Positions 1-14,199 of a stretch of DNA of 64,000 bases are shown one piece after another. The notes beneath the pieces were generated by a model that saw only the letters and a program-made list of their open reading frames with translations, was not told the DNA's origin and searched no databases. This stretch comes from Octopus vulgaris (Eukaryota), in NCBI GenBank assembly GCA_951406725.2, contig OX597819.1, forward strand, positions 102,052,001 to 102,116,000. The letters are read 5' to 3'. How positions within the stretch are numbered: the first letter of the stretch is position 1; each line of letters opens with the position of its first letter. Position numbers and translations under genes: made by a program.

Positions 1-582
1 GAGGGAACAAGAAGTAGGTGTAGTAGTCTGAGGAAAGGAAACGTCCTTGACGTTTCGTTGTTCATGCATGTATGTGTATGAACGCATGATCTTCACATGC
101 ATATGGCCTTCCTAATACACAAATGTACACTTTATCACCAGTGTGACTTGTACACATTGCACACATGCACATACAAACGCATTTATACATACTTTCGTTT
201 CTACTGTTCACCATATTCATACGCAAGAAATGTGGACTACACAAACATGTCAAAACCCAACAACAAACACACACATTTTTCCCTTTCTCTCTCCCTACAC
301 ACATATACATATGCATACGCATATACATATATATATACACCTATATATACATATACACACATATATATATACACGCACACACATATATATATATATATAA
401 ATATATATACACATAAGACGATACACACATGCATATGCACATGCATGGAACTGCATGCTCATTAATATCCAGCCTAAGACATATCCATTAAGGTGTGCAC
501 AGTAAGCACTTGTATGAATATATAAATATATATACACACACTCATACATACATACATATATGTATCTATATATATATGCATG

Positions 583-613
<31 letters not shown>

Positions 614-971
614 GCATACATATATTAAGAGAGAGCCACTTGTAATGCAGGGAGGGTATTTGTTTACTTCAGTAAGAACTGTTGCTATGACAACAACATG
701 CACTCAGGTTGTTAATAATGAAACAATATACTTTGCAGTCTCTCATAAGACTCACCAAAGGCACTATATCAAATCAACAACACCCAATAAACAGCCATGC
801 TATCGCTCACATAGGAGCTGAATTCAATATATACACGTACATGCATATATACAAGACACAGGATACAACAATATATATATTCGTACCCTTACATAGACAG
901 ATAGAAATATGTGTATTTATATATGTACGTACATGTGAATACATACATGCATACATACATACATACATACA

Positions 972-1004
<33 letters not shown>

Positions 1005-1849
1005 GTATGTATGTATGCATATTAAATATGTATAATATATATGCATATTCATATATATAAAATATGTGTACATACACAGAAAATGCGTATACGTATATAT
1101 ATATATATATATAAAATATGTGTATACATATATCTTTATATGCGTGTATTTACATACGCGTGTGTGTATATGTGTGTGTATATGTGTGTGTGTATGTGTG
1201 TTTGTGTGTATACGCGTGTAACAATGTTGGAATCTGATGGTATAATCCGTTGCTATTCCCAATTTCTTGAGCGTGTGATCAGACGCCAACAAAATGAAAA
1301 ACGAATGATTCGGATTAGCGCCTGAGCGAATACTTAGCTTACATATAAACATATGCACACATGCGCGCGCAAACACACACAGCTACACGCAAACATGCAT
1401 ATACACTCATTCAGATATAAGCAAAAAAGATGCAAAGTAAACCCGAAGATACGCTGCAATTTTTATGTGAGACTTCGAAGTGATCAGCCTTTTCATTTGT
1501 CAGATTTGCTAGTCGGATTTCATTTCAGGGTGTATGCATGCACATGCATCGCGAAATGCTTAGATTATTTCACTCAAGAATAGAAAGCTCTTGCTTTGAC
1601 TGTTTTTACCGTTTATTGATATCTTTCATCAGAGGAATTTTAGATTTTACGAATGATTGTTGATGAACATGAAACCATTGAAGTCCAACGAGTTCTAATT
1701 TATATACTACCAAATAGAACCAGAGACGTTAGAAGAGGAGAGAGAGAGAGAGAGGGAGGGGGAGAGAGATGAATTTGAAAATAAAAGAGACTGAATCACA
1801 AAGATATACAAAGAAACATGTAGAACAAAATTGTCCATGTAAATCTCAC

Positions 1850-1966
1850 CTGTGTGTGACCTGACGTGAACTTGAAGCGAGATCTCATTACTGAAGACTT
1901 TCTGGCAGAATTTACATTTATGTTTAAAGCCCTGCGTCGAACCAAATGATGGATGACCAACCAATC
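1850..1966 (-). CDS. sall: Spalt-like gene exon encoding the first C2H2 finger of the first double-finger cluster
   Basis: [40 protein letters not shown] resembles SALL FKHKCRFCxKVFGSDSALQIHLRSHTG. Acceptor cttattttcag|GA at 1967/1966; donor ACAG|gtgaga at 1850/1849. Length 117 nt, phase 1-1, in frame with the 47423 donor. Confidence 0.88.
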
Positions 1967-2937
1967 CTGAAAATAAGAACAAAAACGATAGTTTTAAATA
2001 CTGAATTTGCTGAAGAGCATTTCGTTGGTCAGAAACCAATACCAACATAATCAACAATGGTGTTTACTACAAACCACTACGTCAACGACGACGATGGTAA
2101 TTGATGATGCCGATGAAAATTGTGGCCGTGAGACCATATTTGTAAAAGATATTTGACTTACAGCGATTCAACAATCAAAAACATTCTGACAAGAACCGCA
2201 TTCTTAGGAAATGTTCAAATACTTCAATCGACTGCAAAATGAATTTAGGTATTACTAACAGAACTTAGTAGGCGCTTGATCTGCTAGTAGTACCAACCAA
2301 ATCTACTTCAAATGCAAGTACATACTAATTAAAGTAATTATAAACACAATGTGTAAAGAACTGGAAGGGTGGTTTATAGGTGATATGACTTTGAGGGCCG
2401 AGAAGGGATCTAAGTATCCATTTTCAGACCCACTGTATGGAACACAGGGTAACCTAAAATCACTAAAGACCTTGAGAATAAAATCTAAGACCACAACCGG
2501 AGCAGTTTCGCACTTTCTGCATTTCACTAAATTTATAATTTGGTTTGAGTCCCAGGCAAATACAAGGAAAACTTTGAGGCGTGTTCAGAAGAATCGTCTT
2601 GGTGTAACAATCGCCTTACTATGAGTGCCTAACAATAGTGGTAGCAAACTATAGACTTAAACTGAAAAAAAAGTTTCTAACTACATGTATATAACTGTAT
2701 TTCAAGCAAACAAGATGCATAGAACATAGCAAAACATATGAAGTTTACCTAACACAAATATTAACGAAAAGGAACAACGTTTCAGCTTTAATATAATTTT
2801 CTTTTCATGAGAGGCAGAGTGTTAGATAGATTATAGATGCTATATACACCATACAGAAATTACATTCTTTTCGTTAAAGTAACTGCATGGGCTGCAATAT
2901 ATTATATTTATCCTTTTTGGTAAAACACTGCACGTTG

Positions 2938-2978
<41 letters not shown>

Positions 2979-2982
2979 GTAA

Positions 2983-3022
<40 letters not shown>

Positions 3023-3172
3023 TATATATATGTGTATATATATGCATATGTAAATACATATATATACGCATATACATATACACACATACATATATATATA
3101 ATATATATATATATGTATATATATATGTATATATATGCATATGTAAATACATATATATACGCATATACATAT

Positions 3173-3246
<74 letters not shown>

Positions 3247-4118
3247 ATATGTATGTATATATATGTATATATATGTACATGTATATATATATATATGTAA
3301 ATATATATATATATGTGTGTATATATATATATGCATATATATATGTCTATATGTATGTATATATATATTGACGCACACATATATATATTCACACACACAC
3401 ATATATATGCACACACACACATACATATAAATTACGATAGCATAAATTTATTAAGCCTTCACTAATTTATTGTAAATAACTAAGTTAGGAAAGCAAAGCT
3501 ATGTAAACATTTCATCATAAATATTTATTAACATAAGACGTCCAGTACTTCTTCCTTTTCATTTCTACTATACATACATATGCATACATATACATACATT
3601 GCACGGTGATGTTATATAGTTTTGACAAGTAATAGTATTAGTGTACTATAAAGGAATAAACGTACGGAAAAAATGCTATAGGTTTTGTGATTATAAATGG
3701 CTGACATGAGTCTAACATGATCCCAGATCAAGTAACTTGCGAAACGCACAACTCCAAAACATATCTACATATGTGCTTGCATATGTACGTTTGTACACGA
3801 GTTATGTGTGTGTGTGTGTGTGTGTGTGACCGTATACGAGAGTGATTTGATGAAGTCGGTGTATGTGGAGAAGATGGTGCGATGGAATGATGGAGGAGCA
3901 GGAATTGCGGATGGTGAGGGGGAGGGAGGTGTGAAGGAAGAGGGTGGTGGTCAGAAAGGGGGCACAGAGATAAAAGGAAAATAGGGGGAAGCCTGTTGCT
4001 TCAATAGAAAACTGCAGTATGGAAAAATATAAATAAACCTTTACACGCACACACACACACACACACATACGCAAAGTCATACATATATAAATATATGCAC
4101 ATGTAGGTAATATATGGT

Positions 4119-4151
<33 letters not shown>

Positions 4152-4326
4152 TCATACACAAACACACACACAGGACATTTCATTGATTTTTCTAGTGACC
4201 CAGACATTTTAATTGTCTGTTTGTGTGGAATCATGCTAAAATGTTGTTTCCCACCAGACTGCCATTTAGAACATGACTATCAGGGTAATGCCAAGGGTGT
4301 CGGTTAGTGACGGGGTATACAGGGTG

Positions 4327-4387
<61 letters not shown>

Positions 4388-4531
4388 CATATATACATAT
4401 ACACACACACATATACATATATGTATGTATATCGAAAGCGAGAGATTCAGAAACACTGAAGGAAGGCGTGGCTGGTGCGGTGTTGGGACAGTTTTACACA
4501 TTACATCTACCTACCTACCCCCCTCTCTCTC

Positions 4532-4603
<72 letters not shown>

Positions 4604-4713
4604 CACACAGTCGTACATATATACAAACATGCATACCCATATATGCATGCATGTATGCGTATTTTTGCATGTTATATATTTTAGTCTTCTCCTGTCTCTC
4701 TCTCTCTCTCTGT

Positions 4714-4747
<34 letters not shown>

Positions 4748-5907
4748 GGAGAGAGAGAGAGAGAGAGGGTACAGGATAGTAGGAGAGAGAGAGAGAGAGA
4801 GAACAAACGCATGCATACACACATTTCAGTGATTGTGTATTTTTTCCTTCAACAATTGTTTTGATTTGAAACGTATTGTTTTCTTGGAATAGAAAGTGAG
4901 TGCGTGCGTGTGTACGTGTTTGTGTCTATGTGCGTGTGTGTGATGCATATGCATATCTGAATAGAGAGGAACAAATTATGAGAGAGAGAGAGAGAGAGCG
5001 AGAAAGGAGGGGGAAAATGGAAAAACAGAGATAGAAGAGCGGGGAGGAGGGAAGCAATAAATGAATAGTGAATAACCTATTGTCAAACTGTTAGAGGACA
5101 CTAAAAATAGGAGCAAAAACAGATTTCGTACTTGTCTCTCCCAAATCACCCTCCCCTCTGTAAATGGTGATACAACGAAGGAAGGGGGTTCGAGGTTTAT
5201 CACCAAACTGCTCCGAGTGAATGTGACCTATTGTTGTTGTTGCACTCCAATTTGATCCCGTTACATAACTGTAGCACGTCATCTTTTCTGCTTCCCTCAC
5301 ACTGCTTCAATCTCTGTTTAATCCATCGAACACAGTTGTTCTTTTTTTTTTTTTTTTTTACTGGGAGGAAATTTGAACCCGGCTAGTATCGTTTCGCTCT
5401 TCTGTTTTACATTAATAGATGTGGTATGAAAGCATTTCTATATGATCTCTCGAGCTGCTAAAAATAGCTCCCAAATGCTCCTAAAAATCACACTAGGCTG
5501 TCTTAATGCTCAAGCCACTTCTTGATTATAGGTGAGCTGCAGTTCTACAAGAACAACCACAAGCAGCGACTACTTAGATGGAGTTATCAGAAGATATCAA
5601 ATAAGCTTACGTCATGACATATACGAACCAATGACTTAGCTGGCGATCTTCGTTAACCAAAATATGTAAACCAACGTCATTCAAACGACTTATATCGCCA
5701 TATATCAGATATTATCCAAGTACAGAATCAATTACGTCAAGAGATATCCCGCCTAAAGTCTGACGCAGGACTGAAATAGTGTCATGCGTATTGTTTTACC
5801 ACTGTCCTGCTTTTCTCTGTGCTTCCTTCCCCGGACGTTCGCCCTCTCGGATTTCCTCTCTGCTCACGTGTTTTTTCGTTTCAGCTGTCAACTTGGCGTT
5901 GTGGAAA

Positions 5908-6431
5908 ATGAATACTTACCAAGTCTATCACACTAGCCTCAGATGGCTTCGGAAGGCCACAAGGCCCATGTACTACAGTTTCAGCTATATTCAACCTACT
6001 GAACTGATTTTGTGCAATTTGCAGTTTTGTTTCAGGGTTTTATTTTACTCATTCGACAAAAGAGCTGCGTGGTGGAAGAGGCCTCATGGCCGGCCCTGCA
6101 TCAGAAAGCTGGACGAGATTCGGGAAGATCTCCAGAAGCTCGACGTCACCTTGAAGAGCACAGAGGGGCTGGCACAAGACCGCCAGCGATGAAGAGCGAT
6201 GACGGACATGGTTGTCTCTACGCATGATGACATGTCAGGGATCATTAACTTGGAATGACACCAGCCACATCAAGAAACAGTATGAATACTTACAACGTCT
6301 ATCACACTAGCCTCAAATGGATTCGGAAGGCCACGAGGCCCATGTACTACCGTTTCAGCTATATTCAACCTACTGAACTGATTTTGACTAATTTGCAGTT
6401 TTGTTTCAGGGTTTCATACTCATTCGACAAA
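5908..6431 (+). repeat. ~150-bp direct duplication (5908-6060 and 6282-6431) flanking the RTE fragment
   Basis: Both copies run ATGAATACTTAC...CATTCGACAAA. About 10 substitutions and one 3-nt indel by eye. Confidence 0.95.
6061..6281 (+). mobile_element. 5'-truncated RTE-clade LINE 3' end
   Basis: Translates to WKRPHGRPCIRKLDEIREDLQKLDVTLKSTEGLAQDRQR, the typical RTE ORF2 C-terminus (KRPxGRP..W.D.I..DL...A.DR..W). Followed by a short 3' UTR ending near CATCAAG. Confidence 0.75.
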
Positions 6432-6439
6432 GCAGCAGC

Positions 6440-6605
6440 TGATTCGACCTTTGCTTTTCCCTTGGATAACATCGCTGGCACGGAGAGAGGAAGCTAGTAT
6501 GTATGGGCGACTGCTAGTCTTCCATTCACAACCTTACCCGGACGTGTGCCTCAGAGGGCAACTTTCTATGTGCAATCCCATAGTCATTCATAAACAAATG
6601 GGTTC
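6440..6605 (+). mobile_element. Fragment of an interspersed (SINE-like) repeat
   Basis: CCCTTGGATAACATCG...GGGCGACTGCT.GTCTTCCA...AACTTTCTA.GTGCAATCCCAT.GTCATTCAT resembles a common octopus repeat, recalled from memory only. Confidence 0.45.
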
Positions 6606-6799
6606 TGTACTCTGTTTTCTCTCTCTTTCTCTCTCTGTATATATATCAATGAATATATGAATATATATGAATGCAGAGATAGCAATATATCACTTTATAA
6701 ATATGGTGACCTATATACACAATGCTAAATACATATAGTGACCTAAATACTTATATTTATGTGTTAATAGATTTATATAGATACATTTGAACAGAACGA

Positions 6800-6851
6800 A
6801 TTGCATATCGCCAACTACATATATATTGTATAACGCCAACTACATATATAT

Positions 6852-6882
<31 letters not shown>

Positions 6883-6912
6883 TGCATAACGCCAACTACA
6901 TATATATTGTAT
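6800..6912. repeat. ~24-bp minisatellite (ATTG[C/T]ATA[A/T]CGCCAACTACATATAT) x3, interrupted by (TA)n
   Basis: Three CGCCAACTACATATATATTG units are visible. Confidence 0.9.
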
Positions 6913-7544
6913 ATTAACGAAGAATAATGTTCCGTAAGAAACACAAGGTTTTGAAATGTCTTCTGCGAGAAACATATAATCGAGATATATATCATTATAT
7001 TTGATTCATAGACTCCCATGGAAGACATACCAAAAAACCTCATCACTACCAACATACCATCTACCGAATGGTGGATTCCTTGCATTTGAAGTCAAGTAAC
7101 TGTTAGATTACTTTCTGCCGTTTAAGCTATTCTGGTGATAATTATTTAAACCAACAGCAGTCTTGATCAAACAGGCTTATATATATAAACAAAGACATTA
7201 TTATCAGTATCATCGCATCTTTTATTTCTTAAACGTGCTATTTAGGAATACATAATCTCTTGTGGGAGTTATTCCTCTTTCAGTTTACAAGGATTAATCT
7301 TAAATGTCATTGGTTACTATTTCTAGATGATAAAGCAATCGTAACGAGACTAAAGGATATTTACCCGATTTTTAATGACTTCACAGCCTTCTTGCGCTCC
7401 AGAATACTTTACTTTTCTGTGGGTTACCGACAAATGTGGCGCTTATAATAGTTCGTTTACAAAAGTGCTCTCATTAAAATATATGTGTGTCTGTTATATC
7501 TGTATATCCATCTATCTATCTATTTATCTATCTATCTGTCAATA

Positions 7545-7625
<81 letters not shown>

Positions 7626-8320
7626 GTCTATCTATACACGCCCGCACACACACACACATGCACAAATGCAAATTATGATTACACACACATGCCCAAATAC
7701 AACTTATGATTCACGTTTCATTGTCATTGCACTGAATACCACACAGTGAATGTTTGGAGAGATTCTAAAACGCCCACTTGCTTACACATATATGTAATGC
7801 TAACGTATGCGTGCATGCATTCATGTGTACGTCTATTTATGTATGTGTCCGCTTCCGTATGGTTGTGTATATAACAGTTTAAAGTGAAATTACAAGTTGT
7901 ACGGAGGGACGTACGCACACAAAAAACAACCATTACCGTAGACTAGAAGGGATGTCACTGTGACTAACAGAACAGTATTATCAGATATATCTTATATATA
8001 TATATATAAATATATATACATACATACGTAAGTACGTATTAATGGACATGTATATATGTCGTATTCATATAACTTATATATACATACATGTGTGTGTGTG
8101 TGGGTGTATGCAACACGTACACAATATAGAGAAAGGCAAACAAAAGCTTTATCAGGAGTTTTATCATTTACACCTCCATGTAATTATCTATAATCCTGAT
8201 ACATTAAGTATGCGGACACACAGGTAACATAATTACAGGTACACGCAAACATATACACCTTTGCATACACAGCATATGTACACATAGATACATACGCGTA
8301 TACATATATGTGCGGGTGCG

Positions 8321-8360
<40 letters not shown>

Positions 8361-8437
8361 CATATATACATACACATATGTATATATATATATGTATGTA
8401 TGTATACACATATATGTATAGAGAGAGACACACACAC

Positions 8438-8538
<101 letters not shown>

Positions 8539-9027
8539 GTATGTATATAGTAGACACACTGTGTGTGTGTGTGTGTGTATACATTGTACATTCCTGTTAA
8601 ATCAGCCAGTTAAGTTTAAAACGGAGGCAAAAGTCAATTTCTTATTGAAATTCTTTCAGGTAGTTTTTCGAGAACATCTGAGAAATTAAATTTAGAATAA
8701 CATAGTTTTCATCACCGCCATCACCACCACCACCCACCACCTCCACCACCCACCACCACTACCACCACCACCACCACCATCATCAACACCGTCATCGAGA
8801 CGAGGACAACGGCAGCAACTTCGATGACGACGACGACGACGACACCCCACTCCTTTCGCGCATCTGCCTGCAGCGCCACCAACTGTCTCCCCGGACACCC
8901 AATAATTACAACTACAACAGCAATAATAATGACGCAAGAAAAAATTACCAACCACTTACACTGCAATAATACTAGTTTGTAAGAAAATAAGTACTTTCTG
9001 TGCTTGTAAGTGTGTGTGTCTGTATGC

Positions 9028-9070
<43 letters not shown>

Positions 9071-9162
9071 TATATGTATATGTATATTTATATATACATG
9101 TATATATATATATATACATATGCATACATATATATACATATATATTATGTACGTATATATGC

Positions 9163-9194
<32 letters not shown>

Positions 9195-9265
9195 GCATAC
9201 ATGTATATACATATATACATACATATATATATTATACTCACACATATATATTATGTACGTATATA

Positions 9266-9340
<75 letters not shown>

Positions 9341-9341
<1 letters not shown>

Positions 9342-9527
9342 GGGAGAATTTACGAAAAAAGAAACAAAAGACGAAGACAGGTGGTGTACAAAACAAACAG
9401 ATGTATTAGTATAACGTTCAGGAATAGAAAAAGTATGTTACGTTTCGAGCCTACGCTCTTCTACAGAAAGGGACACAGAAAAAAAGAGGAGAGAAAAAAT
9501 GTGTGTAGTGGCTAACGATCTATCATA
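9341..9527 (-). mobile_element. ~185-bp Penelope-derived non-autonomous repeat carrying a hammerhead-like motif (copy 1)
   Basis: Reverse complement of 31225-31406 with matching ends. Contains CTGTAGA-A-GAGC-GTAG-GCTC-GAAAC-GTA. Confidence 0.7.
9434..9470 (-). ncRNA. Minimal hammerhead-like motif (non-canonical core CUGUAGA)
   Basis: CTTT-CTGTAGA-A-GAGC-GTAG-GCTC-GAAAC-GTA. Confidence 0.35.
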
Positions 9528-10044
9528 TATATATAGTTATGTGTATGTATGAATCAGGAGACTATCAGAGTTAAGCTCCTCATTCGGAATCGGCTATCAA
9601 TGTACGTGGTAATCTCTCACTATTTAGTGTAATGTATATATATCTACATATGCATTCACACACGTATATATTGTTATAAAGTAAGCTCAAGTTTTAAAAT
9701 TAATGAGAAATCATTTATTGAGCAGAGTGACAAGATATAGAGGCGAGAGTCAAATTTATTGAAAATCTCTTGCTTACTACCATTAAGTCTCACCTGACGT
9801 CCATTCTAATTCATCCAATTTGCGACCTGCTCATTATTAACCAGTGGTTCTGGAAATGTGCCAATGAGCAGTTCAAGACGGAATTTTTGGCAGTTCAAGA
9901 TTCAAGATATGAATGGAAAATGTAGTCTATAGTTTTAGATAAGTAAAATTTCACGTATGTCACGTAACTGATACACACGCGCGCGCGCACCTGTGTGTGT
10001 GTATGTGTGTGTGTGTGCGTGTGTGTTTATGTTCAGTTATAAGA

Positions 10045-10331
10045 ATATTCTTAGTAAACATGGTACTTATACTATCGGCATCTTTTGCTGAACTGTTATA
10101 TTACGGGGACGTAAATACACTAGCATCGTTTGTCAGGTGAAGTTTCGGGTTGGGGCAAACACAGACACAAACATATGCACACATGACACACAGACACACA
10201 TACGACGGGCCTCTTTCAGCTTTCGTCTACCAAAACAACTCACAAGGCTTTAGTCGGCCCGAGGCTATAGGACTGAACCCGGGACCATGTGGTTGATGAG
10301 CAAACTACCTACCACACAGCCACTCCTGTGC
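10045..10331 (-). mobile_element. tRNA-derived SINE family A, internally deleted
   Basis: Reverse-complement head (CTACCACACAGCCACTCCTG) and central TTTCGTCTACCAAA..CTCACAAGGCTTT block, shared with 34251-34676. Confidence 0.8.
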
Positions 10332-11324
10332 TTATATATGGGACTATCCGAGGAAAACGTGAACCAAAGTGGGCCATAGTGTAAAAGGAATTGGCTGAAG
10401 ACCAATTAATTGATAGACAACGGTATGACGACGCTATATGTGTATATGTGGAGTTATCTGCGCGGTGATGCGTATATATACGACTGCGTATGTGCTTGTG
10501 TGTCAATGCCTGTGCTTATATGTATGCATGCTTTTATGCATACTTTCCTCTTAATTTATGGGCTTTGTTTTTTTATATATATATTTAACCCTCCATGTCT
10601 CAGAACTAAGCAGTTCGACAAAGCGGACGGAGAAAATGAGTGAAAAACTGAAATAACCAATGCAGTGGATGTGATAGAATTTAAGAATTTTTTTACTTTA
10701 AAAACAAAATATCACACACACACACACACACACATATACATATATATTTCTATATATGGTATATGGAATTCTGTATGAGTGTTTGTGTGTGTACTTACAC
10801 ATACTCATATATACATGCGCACACTTGTATATGTAAGTATACACACTTATAAACAACGTCGAAGTGAATAGTGAACACGAGTTGATATACATACATACAT
10901 AGACACATATGTATATATATATATTTATATACATATATAGCAGCTTTGCCTGCCAAAATCTAATTAGGTAATTGCGCAGTCTCTGTGAAGCTAAGTAGTT
11001 CACAATTTGCGAGCTAAATGCTAGAGGACCGTCAAATCTCGTACGAGACAAGTCCTTTGTGTTGTAGCTTGGTTCATGTCTCTGTGACCTTTTCGGCAGA
11101 ACAGAGATGATAATGAAAAAGTCGTTATGTGAAATATTTATCTGCCAATTTTAAACATTAGTAGCGAAAATACAAGAGCACACCAAATCATACGCACGCA
11201 TATACACATATATACATACATATCTAAATCTATACACACATTCTCACACACATATATCTATATCTATATATGTATACATATATTTAAACATACTTGCATA
11301 TACACAAATATGTGTATTTATATA

Positions 11325-11386
<62 letters not shown>

Positions 11387-11524
11387 GAGAGCGAGAGCCA
11401 TTGACAGAGAAGTGAAAATTTGTAATATAAATTCTGAATTTATACAATGCTTCATACAAACAGGACACATTTTCAATTGTTTGTCATAAGACAGGACTAG
11501 GTAACTGATTTTAAAAACGCGTAG

Positions 11525-11652
11525 TATAATATGATAATCCTTTCTACTATAGTCACAAGGACTGAAATTTGGAGGAGGGGACAAGTCGATTACATCGACC
11601 CCAGTGATTCACTGTTACTCAATTAATCGAGCCCGAAAGGATGAAAGGCAAA
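11525..11652 (-). mobile_element. SINE family B, 3' part
   Basis: AGTCGATTACATCGACCCCAGTG...CCCGAAAGGATGAAAGGCAAA. Confidence 0.8.
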
Positions 11653-11656
11653 ACAT

Positions 11657-11713
<57 letters not shown>

Positions 11714-11760
11714 TCAAGAGAGAATATATATATATCTATATCTATCTATCTATCTATCTA

Positions 11761-11797
<37 letters not shown>

Positions 11798-11798
<1 letters not shown>

Positions 11799-11911
11799 GC
11801 AAACGTTTTATACATGAGTTTTCTTATATAAGAATAAAGATCATTGTGTATATATGTATATATATACATGCATATATATGTATATACATACACACATATA
11901 TATATACATAC

Positions 11912-11949
<38 letters not shown>

Positions 11950-12087
11950 GCATATATATATGCATATATATATACATATATATATGCATATATGTATATA
12001 TATATATGCATATATATATACATATATGCATATATATACATATATATATGCATATATATATATATATATATATGCATATATATATGC

Positions 12088-12122
<35 letters not shown>

Positions 12123-12128
12123 CATATA

Positions 12129-12221
<93 letters not shown>

Positions 12222-12269
12222 TATATATATATATGTGCATATATATATATGCATATTTATATGTATATA

Positions 12270-12312
<43 letters not shown>

Positions 12313-12420
12313 ATATATATGTGTGTATGTATATACGTATATATGCATGTATATATATATACATATATACACAAAGATCTTTATTCTTATATAAGAAAAC
12401 TCATGTATAAAACGTTTGCT
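11798..12420. repeat. Foldback: ~115-bp near-perfect inverted arms around a TA-rich core
   Basis: AGCAAACGTTTTATACATGAGTTTTCTTATATAAGAATAAAGATC at 11798, with its exact reverse complement ending at 12420. Confidence 0.95.
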
Positions 12421-12664
12421 GAATATTAAACTGAAGAATCAAGAAACACGACTTAGTTGAGCACGATATTTTTTGAGCATTTACAAGGAAGATCTTGCTT
12501 GTAACTTCCAGTTTTAGCTTATTGGCCGTTATCAGTCTAGCCGTCAGAAGCACTATTCATCCGAAATTTGGAAGTCACTGACAAACGTCCTCTTCACACA
12601 CACACACGCTTATAGACATGCATGTCTAGCTATCTACCTATATATATACTTATATACAGATAGG

Positions 12665-12703
<39 letters not shown>

Positions 12704-12722
12704 TACATCATATTTGTATACT

Positions 12723-12778
<56 letters not shown>

Positions 12779-13427
12779 CATATATATATATATGTGTGTG
12801 TATATATATATATATATGTACATATATGTGTATGCATATATGTATGTAAGTATATGTACTCAAACAAAATTTATAAAATAAAAACTATTTTTCATTGCAA
12901 TCGATATGGTTTCAAGCCATAAATGGTATAAATCTAGATAAGTTAAAAGAAAATGTGCGAAACGCACAAAAATATTGTAAACATGATTTGTGTAATCAGG
13001 ATAAGAAATTTTTAAAGAGCCGTTGTTTAAGTCATTGCATCTCAATTTTGTTGAATTTAAATCCAGTAAGAACGAACACATCAGACATTAAATAAAGTAA
13101 GGAAACAGGGGAAATAAGTGAGAAAGACATGATTTCAGAACTCTTACAAGTGATCTGATGGCTGTTTAACTGATTAAGCAAATACAAAGTACAGAAAGAT
13201 AAAGAATGTTTAGCGATACAAGCAATGATATCTAATAAACTGTGAGTGCGATTGTTTCGTTTTGTTTGTTTTTTCCGTGCGTTTTATATTCATGCATTTT
13301 ATGTACGTATACATGTACGCATATAGGTATGCGTGTGTATGTATGTATACACACATATAGATATACATGTAGATATGTATGTATGTGTACACACATATAG
13401 ATATACACATACACATGTGTGTGTATG

Positions 13428-13461
<34 letters not shown>

Positions 13462-13994
13462 TGCACACAAGCATGTACGTATGTGCAAGTATATATGTAT
13501 ATATATTGCATAAGGGTTTAATATTAATTGATGAATATTATGCAGACATACATATACATACATTATACATATACACATATATATTTATATAAGAGTGTTT
13601 ACTATTATATTTGACCCTTGTAACTTGGTTTTTGAAACAAGGAAATAAATGGTGTTTAATAAGTCAAGTATTTGTTTTCAGTAGTCTTTAGTAAATTCGT
13701 TCTTTAGTTTTTATTGTTCAAATTCATACCGATGGTCATGTAGTTTTCCTAGTAGAATATCCTTTTCAGGGCTGTATGCTTATACACGTGTCTTTGACTA
13801 CAATTGATCAATTGAAATCCTCTATAGCTCGTTATATTGTCGAGTTGTTGGCAACTAAACCCGTACCTCAGAGGTCCATTTAGTGATTTGAATGTTGAAT
13901 TTGTAGAAACCCAGAAGAATGAGAAACAAGGATACCAAAAGGTTGGATGAGTCATCGACCAGGTAGCAATTGTTTGCAATATAGAAATACCGGA

Positions 13995-14145
13995 GATCGT
14001 GATTGAGTTCAAATTCTACCGAGGTCGACTGTGTTTTTATCTTCAAGAAGTGAATATATGAGAACCATTTAAGTACTGGGGGGTCAATGTAATTGACTCT
14101 CCCGTACAATCCTAAAATTTCAAGACTTGTACCTATAGTAGAGAG
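13995..14145 (+). mobile_element. SINE family B, partial
   Basis: GAGTTCAAATTCTACCGAGGTCGACT...TACTGGGGGGTCAATGTAATTGACT. Confidence 0.7.
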
Positions 14146-14146
14146 G

Positions 14147-14199
<53 letters not shown>

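Noticed and set aside
750-822. Possible next spalt exon (GTGAGT donor near 755, minus strand)
   Set aside because: Does not encode the expected (G)ERPF.C..C continuation; the next exon must lie outside the window.
2349-2624. 91-aa plus ORF (and 60773-60955, 43960-44373)
   Set aside because: No recognisable domain or splice support; possibly decayed transposon sequence.
6800-6912. CRISPR-like repeat
   Set aside because: Units are tandem without unique spacers, in a eukaryotic context with no cas genes.
8700-8900. GC-rich CAC/GAC segment as an extra spalt exon
   Set aside because: Low-complexity, no SALL motif and no convincing phase-1 splice pair.
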